Below, piece after piece: positions 1-11,367 of a DNA stretch of 64,000 nt. The notes below the pieces were generated by a model. It ran no database searches. It was given only the letters and a program-made list of their open reading frames with translations, and was not told the origin of the DNA. A program made the position numbers and the translations under genes. The stretch comes from an uncultured Verrucomicrobiae bacterium. GTDB taxonomy: Bacteria; Verrucomicrobiota; Verrucomicrobiia; Limisphaerales; Palsa-1400. The stretch's first letter is position 1. Each line of letters starts with the position of its first letter. The DNA is taken from contig OY969763.1 in NCBI GenBank assembly GCA_963702845.1, forward strand, positions 5,760,001 to 5,824,000, read 5' to 3'.

Positions 1-669
1 GCAAAACGATGGCGCAGAATCTCGCCGGCGGTTCATCCATATCCCGCGGGTCAACAAATCATCCACCGCTCTTGATAATCCGATCAAAAAGGACAGCCAT
101 CTCGTGATTCTTTACGGCAACCTCGCCCCCAAGGCGCCGTGGCGAAGATCACCGGCAAGGAAGGTCTGCGCTTCGAAGGCGCTGCGCGCGTGTTCAATTC
201 TGAAGAACAAGCGATGGAAAAAATCATGGACGGCTCCATCAAGAAAGGTGACGTCGTGGTGATTCGTTTCGAGGGACCGAAAGGCGGTCCCGGCATGCGC
301 GAAATGCTTTCGCCCACCAGCGCGATCATGGGCAAAGGTCTCGGCAAAGACGTCGCGCTCATTACCGACGGACGTTTCTCCGGCGGAACGCACGGTTTCG
401 TTGTCGGCCACATTACGCCTGAAGCTTACGTCGGCGGCCCGCTCGCAATCGTGAAAAATGGCGACAAAATTGTCATCGACGCGGAAAAGCGCGAACTGAC
501 CATGGGCGTTTCGGCGTCGGAAATGAAAGCCCGCAAGAAAGCGTGGAAACCGATGAAGCCACGTTATACCCGTGGCGTCTTGGCCAAATACGCGCATCTC
601 GTGACTTCTGCGTCCCTGGGTGCGGTGACCGACCAGAATCTGAAGTTAGAAATTGTAAGCGAAATATAA
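1..669 (+). CDS. ilvD: Dihydroxy-acid dehydratase, 3' part (5' end outside the window; indels before position 139)
   Basis: Motifs [24 protein letters not shown] and VGHITPEA. Upstream bases encode [15 protein letters not shown] in another frame. Confidence 0.95.
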
Positions 670-746
670 ATCGACGAATACAAAGTCCGAGAACGTCTAT
701 TGTTCTCGCTTGGCGTATTTGTTTTTATAATGATTCAATTAACTCT

Positions 747-3700
747 ATGAATTTCAAAGGGGCACTACTCGCCCTCGCAACGTTTGTCGCGGCGCAGCCT
801 GCGATAGCCCAGCAGGATAATTTCGCCGACGAACATCCGCAAAACCGGAACCGCTCACACCCGAGCAGGAAGTCAAAACGTTTCATTTGCCGCCCGGGGT
901 TCGAAGCGCAACTGGTCGCCAGCGAACCTGACATCGGCAAGCCGATGAACATGGCGTTCGATTCGAAGGGCCGTCTTGTGGGTCACCCATATCGCGCGAG
1001 TATCCGTTTCCTGTGTTGCCGGTGGAGAAACCAGGCCGCGATCGAAGTCGTGGTCATTGAAAATTTCGATGCCAACGGACGCGCGCACAAATTCACCACG
1101 TTCAAGACGGGGCTGAATATCCCGATCGGTTTGTATCCCTACAAGGACGGCGTGCTCGCCTTTCAGTATTCCGAAGATTCATTTTTTTGAAGACACCGAC
1201 GGCGACCTGAATGCGGACAAGGACACGGTTTTGTTGAGTGGATTCGGTTATCAAAAAGACACGCATGGGCTGACGAGCAATTTTCGCCGCGGATTTCGAT
1301 GGTTGGGTTTATGCCGATCACGGATTCAACAACGACTCGACCATCGTGGTGTCGATGGCAGTTCGATCACGATGAATTCGGGCAACTGCTACCGCTTTCA
1401 TCCCGATGGCACACACGTTGAGCAACACAGCCATGGGCAGGTGAATCCATTCGGATTGATGTTCGATCCGCTGGGAGATTTGTGGTCGGCCGATTGCCAT
1501 AGCGCGCCGACGTATATTTGTTGCACGGCGCGTTATTATCCGAGCTTCGGCAAACCGAGCGACGGATTGGGTTTCGCGCCGGAAGTGTGCACGCACAGCC
1601 ATGGTTCAACAGCGATTTGCGGCATGCTGTTTCTACGATGACGATCAATGGCCGGCGGAATATCGCTGGAACACGTTCATCGGAAACGTGATGACCTGCA
1701 AAATCAATCGCGACTCGTACATCGAGCACGGTTCGACACGCATAGCAAAAGAGGAGCCGGATTTTCTGTCGAGCGATGATCCGTGGTTTCGTCCAGTGAA
1801 CATCGAGTTCGGGCCGGATGGCGCGATGTATGTCGCGGATTTTTATAATCGCATCATCGGCCATTACGAAGTGGCGTTGGATCATCCCGGGTCGTGATCG
1901 CGAACGCGGCCGCATCTGGCGCATTGTTTACACAGGTCCAGATGGCGAAAAACGAACGCCTCAATGCTCTCGTCTCAACAAACAAGACATCGATTCGATT
2001 TGTCAAAGACTTTCGTCTCGCAACTCATTCGAGAATTCGCGACCCGAACATTCGCCGTCGCATGATGGCGACGGATGAGTTGGTTGATCGCATCGGCCAG
2101 CCTGCGATCAAGCCAGTTGCGAAAATGATGGACGAGCAAAAAGTCAGATGCACATCAGCGCGCTCACGGCTTGTGGGTGCTCCATCGGTTGAACGGATTG
2201 AATGAAAAATTTTGACGCCGCGTGCTAATGATTCTGATCGTCTGGTGCGCGTTCATGCGATGCGCGTGTTGGCAGACATGCAGTATTGGAACAACGGCCA
2301 GGTGGCGCTCGCGCAGCAAGGGATGTTTGATACAGATGGTTATGTTCAACGCGCGGCGGTGGATGCGGTGAGTCGTCATGAGATGAGCCAGAACGTGCCC
2401 GCTTCTTAAATTGCGCGCGAACAATCGCCGGAGGACCAAGCGTTGGTTTACATGACGCGCATTTCGTTGCGAAATCAGTTGAATTCAGACTCAACATTCA
2501 CGGCATGGCGAGCAGCAATTTGAGCGAACAGGAACAACGCGCCATCGCTGATGTTTGCATCGGTCTGAAAACAAAAGCGTCCGGTGCATTTTTTGGCCTC
2601 TTACCTCGAACATGCGAACGAGAGCCGCCGAAAAGATGGAGGGTCTATTTGAAACATATCGCGCGTTATGCTCCCGACAGTGCGATGGATAAATTGGCTG
2701 CGTTCGCACGCAAGCGTTTCGCCGACGACATCGACTTCCAATTGACCTTGTTTAGGTCTGTCGAAGAAGGCATGCAACAACGTGGCGGCGCCTTGGGCCA
2801 GGCTTTGCAGGATTGGGGCACGGAACTGGCGCAGCGTTTGATGGTTTCGGTCGATACGAAGAAACTCGATTGGCGCAACTCCACAATCAAAGGAGATGAC
2901 GCGACCAATCCATGGGTGTTGCAGAAACGGGACTCGGCGGATGGAAATAAAGACGCGACTTTCATCTCGAGCCTTGCTCCTGGCGGAGAGTCGCTAACCG
3001 GCATTTTGCGTTCGCGCGATTTTGTCATTCCCAAGATAATCTGACTTTCTGGCTCGCCGGACACGATGGTGTCGCCAGAGAAACCGATCGGCAAAAGAAA
3101 CTACGTGCGTTTGTGCGAAGAGGGACCGGCAAAGTCATCAAGAGCGTGAGACCGCCGCGCAACGACCTCGCGCAACGTGTGCATATGGGACATACAAACT
3201 ATGCAGGCAAAAAGGGCTATATCGAAGTGGTGGACGGCAATCGCGGACACTCTTACGCGTGGCTCGCAGCCGGACGATTCAACCCAGCAGTTGTACCGAT
3301 GCCGGTCGTGATTCCTAACCAAGTCGATCTGCGCCAGCGCTCGGCCGCTGAATTGGCAACGGCATTGAAGATCTCCGAGCTGGAAAAACCGCTCGACGAA
3401 TTGTTCCTCGACGATTCAGCGAACGAAGTTTCACGCGCGGCCGCTGCCAAGGCGTTGATGATTTTGAATCCAGCGAAGCATGCGAGTGAACTTGGAGTGG
3501 TGCTAGGCAATGCTGCCGAGTCGCAGAAGTTGCGCGAGGATTGCGCGAAGTTCTTCGCCGAAAGCAAATCGTCGTCCGCTGATACATTCATCGTCAGGAC
3601 GCATCTGGCTACCGCGCCGCAAAGTTTGCAAACGCAATTGCCCTCGACGCTGGCGAGCAAGACGGAAGGCGCAGAAGTGTTGCTGGCGGCGGTCGAAAAC

Positions 3701-4299
3701 GGAAAAGCGTCGCGACAACTGTTGCAGGACAAAACCATCAAGGATCGTTTGATTTCATCCAAGCCGAACAATTGGAAAAGCGGCTCGAAGAGCTGACAAA
3801 AGGTTTGCCGACTGTGGACGCGGAACGGCAGAAGTTGATCGATGAACGCGCGACGGCGTTTAGCTCCAAAGAAGCATCTCCAGGCATGGGAATGCAAGTG
3901 TTCAAGAAAAATTGCATCGTCTGTCATCAGCTTGACGGCGTAGGCGCGACGGTTGGGCCCCAACTTGACGGCGTCGGCAATCGCGGCGCCGATCGAATTA
4001 TCGAAGACATTCTTGACCCAAGCCGAAACGTTGATCCGGCGTTTCGTGTGACGCTGTTCACGATGAAAGATGGCGATGTGGAGAGCGGATTGTTCCGTCG
4101 CGAAGAAGGCGCGATGATTGTGTACGCCGACACCACCGGAAAAGAGCATTCAATTCTCAAAGCGGATGTGGCGGAGAAGCGTCAATCGCAGTTGTCACTG
4201 ATGCCGGATAACTTCGGCCAGGCGATTTCGAGTGATGATTTCAATAACCTCATCGCTTACTTGATGTCAAAAGGCATGAAAGCTCAGGCGCACAAGTAG
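747..4299 (+). CDS. PVC-type secreted heme-binding protein (dehydrogenase-like beta-propeller, HEAT repeats, C-terminal cytochrome c), broken by many indels
   Basis: Signal peptide MNFKGALLALATFVAAQPAIA. Successive ORF pieces give PGFEAQLVASEP/PMNMAFD, NPFGLMFD, DPWFRPVNIEFGPDGAMYVADFYNRIIGHYE, RGRIWRI, HEAT-like helices, then CIVCH..GPQLDG..ILDPS..SLMP. Confidence 0.85.
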
Positions 4300-4324
4300 A
4301 GGCGTGCCGTTGATGACTTGCCGC

Positions 4325-5619
4325 TTAAGCGGCGGCTTGTCCGGCACGACGGCGAAGCAAGGGCTGGGTCTGGCCGAGAACGACTGGTCGAGTGATGGTC
4401 ACACCGATGACGTCTTCTGAGGTTGGCACGTCGTACATCACATCGAGCATCAGTTTTTCGAGCAGGCTGCGCAGCGCGCGCGCGCCGGTGCCTTTGCGAA
4501 TGGCCTGGCTGGCGAGTTCGCGCAGCGCGTCGGGCGAAAATTCAAGTTCCACGCCTTCCATCGCCAGCAGCTTTGCTGAACTGTTTCGTAAGCGCGTTTT
4601 TGGTGTCAGTCAAAATCGAAACCAATTGATCTTCGGTCAGTTCTGCCAAAACCGTGACCATCGGCAGACGGCCGATAAATTCCGGGATGAAACCGAACGC
4701 GAGCAAATCTTCAGGTTCGACATGTTGCAGGACTTTGTCGCGGTGAACGATTGGCAATTTTCGCGCCCTGTTCGGCGGCTCCGAAGCCCATGACGTGCTT
4801 GCCGAGACGCCGTTGGACGATTCTCTCCAAACCAACAAACGCGCCGCCGCAAATGAACAGAATGTCGCTGGTATCGACGCGGATATATTCCTGCTGCGGA
4901 TGTTTGCGACCGCCCTGCGGCGGAACATTGCAAACGGTGCCTTCCAGAATTTTCAGCAGCGCCTGTTGCACGCCTTCGCCGGAAACGTCGCGCGTGATGG
5001 AAACGTTTTCCGTCTTGCGCGCGATCTTGTCGATTTCGTCGATGTAAACGATGCCGCGTCTGCGCGCGTTTCACATCGTAATCGGCATTCTGCAGCAGGC
5101 GCAAAATGATATTCTCAACGTCTTCGCCGACATAACCGGCTTCGGTCAGAGTCGTGGCATCGGCAATGGCGAAAGGCACATCCAGAATCTGCGCCAGTGT
5201 GCGGGCAAGCAGGGTTTTGCCGGAGCCAGTCGGCCCGATCATGCAGGATATTGCTCTTCTCGATCTCGACTTCGGCATGCGGTCGCCGGAGCCGATGCCG
5301 GCTTCGGCTTCGCGAGCCGCTGCGTTCCTGCAAGATGCGTTTGTAATGATTGTGAACCGCGACCGCCAAGGTTTTCTTGGCGTGGTCCTGGCCGATGCAA
5401 TGCAGATCGAGCTGGCGCTTGATTTCGGCCGGTTTGGGAACGTTGAACTTGGGCGTGTCTTCTTGCGAGTCTGCCGAAGCAGTTCTTTGTCCAGGACCTT
5501 TTGCACAGGACGACGCAGTTGTCGCAGATGTAAACGCCCGGCCCGGCGATCAGCTTTTTGACTTCCGCGTGGGATTTCCCGCAGAAACTGCACAGCGTGA
5601 TGTTGGTCGGCCGCGCCAT
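4325..5619 (-). CDS. clpX: ATP-dependent Clp protease ATP-binding subunit ClpX, frameshifted
   Basis: Fragments in different frames: [83 protein letters not shown]. Confidence 0.95.
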
Positions 5620-5637
5620 TAAGCTTATTCTTTTTCG

Positions 5638-6263
5638 TCAGGCGACTGTGCTGTCCGTCAAGCCCGGGAATTTCTTTGCGCGACTGGACCACCTCGTCCA
5701 CCAGACCGTAGGTTTTGGCTTCTTCCGAAGTCATGAAATTATCGCGGTCGCAATCCTTCTCGACCTGTTCGATCGGATTGCCGGTGTGCTTGGAAATGAT
5801 GGCGTTGAGGCGCTGCTTGAGCTTGCAGCATGTATTGGACGCGGATTTCGACGTCGCTGGCCGGGCCTTCGGCGCCGCCGAGGACCTGATGAATCATGAT
5901 GTTGGCATTCGGCAGGGCATAGCGTTTGCCCTTGGTCCCGCCGCAGAGCAGGACCGCGCCCATGCTGGCCGCCTGGCCGATGCAATAGGTGTTCACGTCG
6001 CACGTCAGGAACTGCATCGTATCATAAATCGCCAGACCCGCCGTGACGCTGCCGCCGGGCGAATTGATATAAAGATGAATGTCCTTCTTCGGGTCGGTCA
6101 TTTGCAGAAAGAGCAATTGCGCGATGATCAGGTTGGCGACCATGTCATCCACCGGCGTGCCCAGAAAGACAATGCGATCCACCAGCAGGCGCGAATAGAT
6201 GTCATAACCGCGCTCGCCGCGCCCGGTCTGCTCGACCACCATTGGGACTAAAAAATTATCCAT
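5638..6263 (-). CDS. clpP: ATP-dependent Clp protease proteolytic subunit, frameshifted near the 3' end (stop position approximate)
   Basis: [39 protein letters not shown] and IMIHQ; the tail [15 protein letters not shown] is in another frame. Confidence 0.95.
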
Positions 6264-6347
6264 ATGAGTCAATGAAACTGTTGGAGCAAACTAGTCTCCG
6301 TAGGGGAACGCGTCAAGTAGCTGGGTAGGAGAATGGATGAGAAACTT

Positions 6348-7781
6348 TCACCGCTTCACCCAAGAGCTGACAAACTCACTAGCGTCCATTTTCTCCAGCG
6401 CCGTTCGGTCGTTAAACATTGCCACCAACGCTTCGCTTCGCTTCACATCAAACTGCGTCGCCAAATTATCTTTCGCTTTCTTGATCAGCAGCGGAAGGCC
6501 TTCTTTACGGCGACGGCGATGTCCAACGGGATATTCGACTTCGCCACGATCAGTCCCTGTGCCGTCTTTGAAAAACACTTGAAGTGCATTGGCGATCGAG
6601 CGCTTGTCCGGTTCGAGATACTCGCGGCTGTAACGCTTGTCTTCGGTGACGATCATTTTTTCGCGCAAGGCGTCGATGCGCGGGTCGGCAGCGATTTTGT
6701 TTTCGTAATGATCGGCGGTGAGTTCGCCAAAGATGAGACCGATGGCGGCCATATATTGCAGGCAGTGATCACGGTCGGCTGGATTATTGAGCGGTCCGCG
6801 TTTGTCGATGATGCGGATGGCGGATTCGTGGGTGGTCATCTCGACGCGCTCAATGTCATTCAGGCGGTCCTTCACTTTCGGATGGAGCGTGATTGCGGCT
6901 TCGACGGCGGTCTGGGCGTGGAACTCGGCTGGGAAACGAATCTTGAAAAGGACATGCTCCATGACGTAGCAGGCAAAAGGACGCGCTACTTTGAGCGGCT
7001 GTGATTTGAACAGCACGTCGCAGAACCCCCACGTCTTCGCGGTGAGGACCGATGGGTAGCCCATTTCACCTTTGATCGCCATAAGCGCGTGCGTGACGGC
7101 GCGCGAGGTGGCGTCGCCGGCAGCCCAGGATTTTCGCGAGCCGGTGTTCGGTGCGTGGCGATATGTACGCAAAGCGCCGCCATCGGCGAACGCGTTGGAA
7201 ACAGCGTTGATGATTTGATCGCGCGTGCCGCCAAGAAGTTTTGTCGTAACGGCCGTTGATGCGATGCGCACCAACAACACGTGGTCCAGGCCGACGCGGT
7301 TAAAACTATTTTCAATCGCAAGCACGCCTTGAATTTCGTGCGCCTGAATCATCGCCGTCAGGATATCGCGCACGGTGAACTTTTTTTTCCCTGAGCGCGT
7401 GAGATAATCAGAGACTGCGAGAATAGCCCCGAGATTGTCCGATGGATGACCCCATTCCGCCGCGAGCCAGGTATCGTTGAAATCCAGCCAGCGAATGATC
7501 GTGCCGATGTTGAACGCAGCGGTGACAGGATCGAGTTCGTAATTTGTGCCGGGAACACGCGCGCCGTTCGGCACAACCGTGCCGGGAACGACCGGCCCGA
7601 GCAGCTTCGTGCAAGCGTCGTAATTGAGCGCCAGGATGCCGCAGCCGAGCGTGTCGAGAAGGCAGTAGCGGGCGGTCTCGTAAGCTTCGTCGCTGAACTT
7701 CGGCTCGGCACAGACGTAATCTGCTATTTGTGCCAGGAGGGTGTCGGCTGGCGGTCGGACGTTGCTGATGTGTGAACTCAT
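6348..7781 (-). CDS. prpD: 2-methylcitrate dehydratase (MmgE/PrpD family)
   Basis: [65 protein letters not shown]. Confidence 0.95.
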   Translation of the reverse strand: MSSHISNVRPPADTLLAQIADYVCAEPKFSDEAYETARYCLLDTLGCGILALNYDACTKLLGPVVPGTVVPNGARVPGTNYELDPVTAAFNIGTIIRWLDFNDTWLAAEWGHPSDNLGAILAVSDYLTRSGKKKFTVRDILTAMIQAHEIQGVLAIENSFNRVGLDHVLLVRIASTAVTTKLLGGTRDQIINAVSNAFADGGALRTYRHAPNTGSRKSWAAGDATSRAVTHALMAIKGEMGYPSVLTAKTWGFCDVLFKSQPLKVARPFACYVMEHVLFKIRFPAEFHAQTAVEAAITLHPKVKDRLNDIERVEMTTHESAIRIIDKRGPLNNPADRDHCLQYMAAIGLIFGELTADHYENKIAADPRIDALREKMIVTEDKRYSREYLEPDKRSIANALQVFFKDGTGTDRGEVEYPVGHRRRRKEGLPLLIKKAKDNLATQFDVKRSEALVAMFNDRTALEKMDASEFVSSWVKR

Positions 7782-7868
7782 ATTGTTATGTGTGGGTAGA
7801 ATTAAGAACCGCCGGCAAAGTGGGAAGGAAAAACCAACTCAGGCGAACGACTCGTGATTGACCGTGGT

Positions 7869-9173
7869 TTATGCGTCGAGAACCAGGTTGGTCCGCGGCT
7901 TGCAGATGCAGGTGAGGCACGAACCGGATTCGGCGTCCGCGCCATGCTCGGTGACATAGTCCACCGCGCCCGATTTGATTGCGACAAGGCAAGTGCCACA
8001 GTTTCCCGCGCGGCAACCGGATTCAATTTTTATGCCGTGCTCATCTGCTAAATCAAGCAACGAGCCAAGCGTTGGTTTCCACGCGCAAGTCTTGCCCGAA
8101 CGGCTGAATGTAATCTGCACAGCCGTTGCCGTTGCAACTTCGCTGGCAAGCGGCGTAGCGGCTGCTTTCTTCACCGTCGCCGGACCGAACGCTTCGAAAA
8201 ACACAGTCGAATCCGGCACGCCCCACTCGGCGAGGCCGTCCGTGATGCTCTTCATGAACGCGCCCGGGCCGCAGATGTAATACTCGAAATTATTCGAAGG
8301 CAGCACCTTCTTCATCAGTTCGACGCTGACGCGACCGGCGTGTCGATAATCGCGGCCCTCTTTATCTTCGGCGGCTGGTTTGCTGTAGCAGACTTGCAGA
8401 TGAAAATTGTCGTACTCAGCCGCAAGGCGTTCCAAAGTTTCCTTTTGGATGTGATCAGCGCGATTGCGTGCGCCAAAGAAAAACCAGACATCGCGCTTAT
8501 CGCCGCTTTCCAAAATCGCGTGCGCCATGCTCAACATCGGCGTGATGCCGACCCCGCCGGAAATCAAAACGACGGGCGCGGCCTTCGTGGCGAGATCAAT
8601 GCAAAAATTGCCGCCAGGCGCTTTGACATCGAGAATGTCGCCTTCCCGAACGTTGCCGCAGAAGTAAGACGAAGCACAACCATGCGGCGCGTCGGGAACC
8701 TCGCTCGGTGCGCACGCGCGTTTGATGGTGACGCGGTAGTAATCCGTACGATGACAATCCGACAGCGAATAGCAACGGATCACCGGCTTGTCGCGCCCGG
8801 GAATGTCGAGTTGGAACGTGGCGTATTGCCCCGGTTTAAATGCCGGCAACGGTTTGCCGTCGTGCGGCGCGAGGTAAAACGAGTAAACGTCGTGGCATTC
8901 GAAGACTTTGCGTGCGACGCGGAATTTGCGGTAGCCGTTCCAAAGCAATTTGACCTGCTCGGCGTCCCTGGCTTTGAGCGCCGCGGCTCTGACGAGGAGT
9001 TGCAGTCGTTGACGCGAAAGATTCTGCTGCTCGCGTTCGTAGAACACCCGCCGCACCGACGTGAAGAAAATCAGCAGGATCTGGGCAGCTAAAGCCGCCA
9101 CGATCAGAAACCCAACACTGACGCCCACATTGCCGGCAAAAGCGGCTTGCAACTTTGCGATAAGGGATTGCAT
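7869..9173 (-). CDS. Membrane-anchored FAD/NAD(P)H ferredoxin-reductase-type oxidoreductase with a C-terminal 2Fe-2S domain
   Basis: N-terminal hydrophobic helix; FKPGQY, RCYSLS, ISGGVGITPM, YICGP, FEAFG; cluster motif GCRAGNCGTC...LTC. Confidence 0.9.
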   Translation of the reverse strand: MQSLIAKLQAAFAGNVGVSVGFLIVAALAAQILLIFFTSVRRVFYEREQQNLSRQRLQLLVRAAALKARDAEQVKLLWNGYRKFRVARKVFECHDVYSFYLAPHDGKPLPAFKPGQYATFQLDIPGRDKPVIRCYSLSDCHRTDYYRVTIKRACAPSEVPDAPHGCASSYFCGNVREGDILDVKAPGGNFCIDLATKAAPVVLISGGVGITPMLSMAHAILESGDKRDVWFFFGARNRADHIQKETLERLAAEYDNFHLQVCYSKPAAEDKEGRDYRHAGRVSVELMKKVLPSNNFEYYICGPGAFMKSITDGLAEWGVPDSTVFFEAFGPATVKKAAATPLASEVATATAVQITFSRSGKTCAWKPTLGSLLDLADEHGIKIESGCRAGNCGTCLVAIKSGAVDYVTEHGADAESGSCLTCICKPRTNLVLDA

Positions 9174-9230
9174 TAGCCTATGCGAATGTTAAACAAACGG
9201 GCGTGCTGAGTAAACGCCGTTTCTCTATTT

Positions 9231-9258
9231 GTAGGAGACGAGGTAACGAGTCTCTAAC
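9231..9258 (+). repeat. GTAG-type REP-like short palindrome
   Basis: GTAGGAGACGAGGTAACGAGTCTCTAAC has a GAGAC/GTCTC stem; the same flanks recur at 32780-32837. Confidence 0.65.
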
Positions 9259-9262
9259 CTCC

Positions 9263-10435
9263 TTGCGGCGCTTGGCAGTCATATCGGGTTTGGTTGTTTT
9301 GACCTCCTTCTCGGCATTCGCCTCTGAAACCAACCAATTCCTCGGCGCACAAAGTTGTTCGTCTTCCAGTTGCCACGGCGGCGCGGATGCCAAGAGCAAT
9401 CAAAACCTGATTTGGTCCCAACACGACCCGCACGCCAAATCGTTCGCGACACTCATCAGCGCCCGTTCCGAACGCATCGCCGAATCGCTCAACATTACTA
9501 ATGCCGCGAAGAGCGCTCGTTGCACCGTATGTCATGCTCCATTTGCAACCGTCCCTCCCGAACTTGCCGCCACGGTTCTAGATCCCGCTGAAGGTGTTTC
9601 GTGCGAATCGTGCCATGGCATGGCCAAGACGTGGTTGCGTTCACACACACGCAAAGATCTTTCGCACACGGACAAAGTTGCTAGCGGCATGCGTGAGTTG
9701 CGAAATCTCTACGATCGCGCCAACACCTGCGTCGCTTGCCATCAAAATGTCGACGCCGACATCCTCGCCGCCGGCCATCCTGAACTGATTTTCGAACTCG
9801 ATGGCCAATCGGTTTCCGAACACAAACATTGGCAGGAACAAACCAGTTGGTCGGGCGCGCAGACGTGGTTGGTCGGGCAGGCAGTGGCGCTGCGGGAAGT
9901 CAGTTGGCAAAAGCGGTGCGATGAGACCAAAGGGAAACCGACAGTGATGGGGGATGGCACAATTGTTCAAACCACCGAGCCAACCAACAGTCAATCCGTC
10001 CTCGATCTGGATCGCGAGCGATGGTTCGGGCTCGCGGTGCTTTTCACGAATCTCGAGGACGCTGTCCCAGGATTGAAAGATGCATCAGTTTTTTTCGCCA
10101 CATCTCGATTTGGCCCGGCTGACCATCACATCGCAGACGGGCAGGCGCGAAGCGTGACTGAGCTTACCTGGGCTCCGAAACTGACTGCGGCGTGCCTGGC
10201 CCGATTGGCTGGTGGAAGTTCTTACTTTCGCAAACCCGGGTCACAAATAGATAAAGCGCGTTATGCCGAGCGTCTGGTTTTGGCTTTAGACCGCTTACTC
10301 GCCGCTCAACATCAACACAACAAGAACGCTAACGCCGCACTCGATAAAATTTTCAAACTCGCGCAATCGCGTCCTGATTTTGACCCGGGCCAATTCGCCG
10401 ACGCGCTCGACGATTTTGCGAAAACGTTAAAATAA
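9263..10435 (+). CDS. Secreted multiheme c-type cytochrome (c554-like N-terminal domain); start is 9263 (TTG) or 9203
   Basis: Signal peptide RRLAVISGLVVLTSFSAFA; heme motifs CSSSSCH, CTVCH, CESCH, CVACH; AAGHPELIFEL. Confidence 0.85.
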   Translation: MRRLAVISGLVVLTSFSAFASETNQFLGAQSCSSSSCHGGADAKSNQNLIWSQHDPHAKSFATLISARSERIAESLNITNAAKSARCTVCHAPFATVPPELAATVLDPAEGVSCESCHGMAKTWLRSHTRKDLSHTDKVASGMRELRNLYDRANTCVACHQNVDADILAAGHPELIFELDGQSVSEHKHWQEQTSWSGAQTWLVGQAVALREVSWQKRCDETKGKPTVMGDGTIVQTTEPTNSQSVLDLDRERWFGLAVLFTNLEDAVPGLKDASVFFATSRFGPADHHIADGQARSVTELTWAPKLTAACLARLAGGSSYFRKPGSQIDKARYAERLVLALDRLLAAQHQHNKNANAALDKIFKLAQSRPDFDPGQFADALDDFAKTLK

Positions 10436-10436
10436 A

Positions 10437-10468
10437 AAAACGGCCGACGCGGAAGCATCGGCCGTTTT
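10437..10468. terminator. Intrinsic terminator between convergent genes, stronger on the minus strand
   Basis: AAAACGGCCGACGC-GGAA-GCATCGGCCGTTTT, flanked by A and T tracts. Confidence 0.85.
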
Positions 10469-10484
10469 GATTGTGAAGATGTTA

Positions 10485-10715
10485 TTAAGCTGAGGGCTTG
10501 GCGGCCTTCTTCTTGGCGCACTTTTCGCAAGTTTTGCCATCTTTGGCTGCGGCCACGCAGCACTTGTGAGTGCATTCTTTGCCGGCTTTTTTGGCTTTTG
10601 CACAGCAGGCTGGGAGTTCGGAATCCTTCTTCGGGGCATCATCTGCCGCCAGGACCGGACCAGCCAACAGCGCGAACGCACACGCGAACACTGTCAATGA
10701 CTTGATAAGCTTCAT
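10485..10715 (-). CDS. Small secreted Cys/Lys-rich protein
   Basis: Signal peptide ending VLA; mature part has two CC-x9-C units; its own terminator lies directly downstream. Confidence 0.8.
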   Translation of the reverse strand: MKLIKSLTVFACAFALLAGPVLAADDAPKKDSELPACCAKAKKAGKECTHKCCVAAAKDGKTCEKCAKKKAAKPSA

Positions 10716-10922
10716 ATGTTTTCGTTCCGGCTAATGCCGGTGCTTTCCAATCCCGCTTGCGCCATCTCCCCACGGCGACTTCGCCAGAGAGCGACTGCAT
10801 AGCAAGACTTTAAGCAGCGGCACCGTAATAAACTCTGCTGATTTTGTCTATTACAAATATGCTGGGCCGCGCCGCGCGCCCTGCCATTGTCCGCGAACGA
10901 CTCCTGCTGTATTAATGCAAAG

Positions 10923-11342
10923 ATGAAATCGCTGACCGATTATCTGTGGATGGAAATTTCGGGACGCCGCGGCTTTGTAAATATCACGCCGGACGTTGCC
11001 GCGCTCGTGCGCAAGAGCGGTGTGCAGGAAGGGCTCTGTCTGGTGAACGCGATGCACATCAGCGCTTCCGTATTCATCAACGACGACGAAGCGGGACTGC
11101 ATCACGATTGGGAAGTGTGGCTGGAAAAACTCGCGCCGCACGCGCCCATCAATCAATACCGGCACAACGACACGGGCGAGGACAATGCCGACGCGCATCT
11201 GAAACGCCAGATTCTCGGCCGTGAAACCGTGGTTGCGATCACCAAGGGCAAGCTGGACTTCGGCCCATGGGAACAGATTTTCTACGGAGAATTCGATGGC
11301 AACCGGCGCAAACGGGTTCTCGTCAAAATAATTGGGGAATAA
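10923..11342 (+). CDS. yjbQ: YjbQ/UPF0047 family protein
   Basis: [43 protein letters not shown]. Confidence 0.92.
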   Translation: MKSLTDYLWMEISGRRGFVNITPDVAALVRKSGVQEGLCLVNAMHISASVFINDDEAGLHHDWEVWLEKLAPHAPINQYRHNDTGEDNADAHLKRQILGRETVVAITKGKLDFGPWEQIFYGEFDGNRRKRVLVKIIGE

Positions 11343-11367
11343 TTTGCCGAACTGAGTACACTGACGC

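Noticed and set aside
1890..1900. Possible TGA (selenocysteine) readthrough at the end of ORF 1601-1897
   Set aside because: The protein continues in a shifted frame (HPGRDRERGRIWR), so this is an indel and not recoding.
1..6263. Pseudogenisation or programmed frameshifting of ilvD, the heme protein, clpX and clpP
   Set aside because: The indels are many and clustered, and the encoded motifs show no decay. Sequencing error explains this better.
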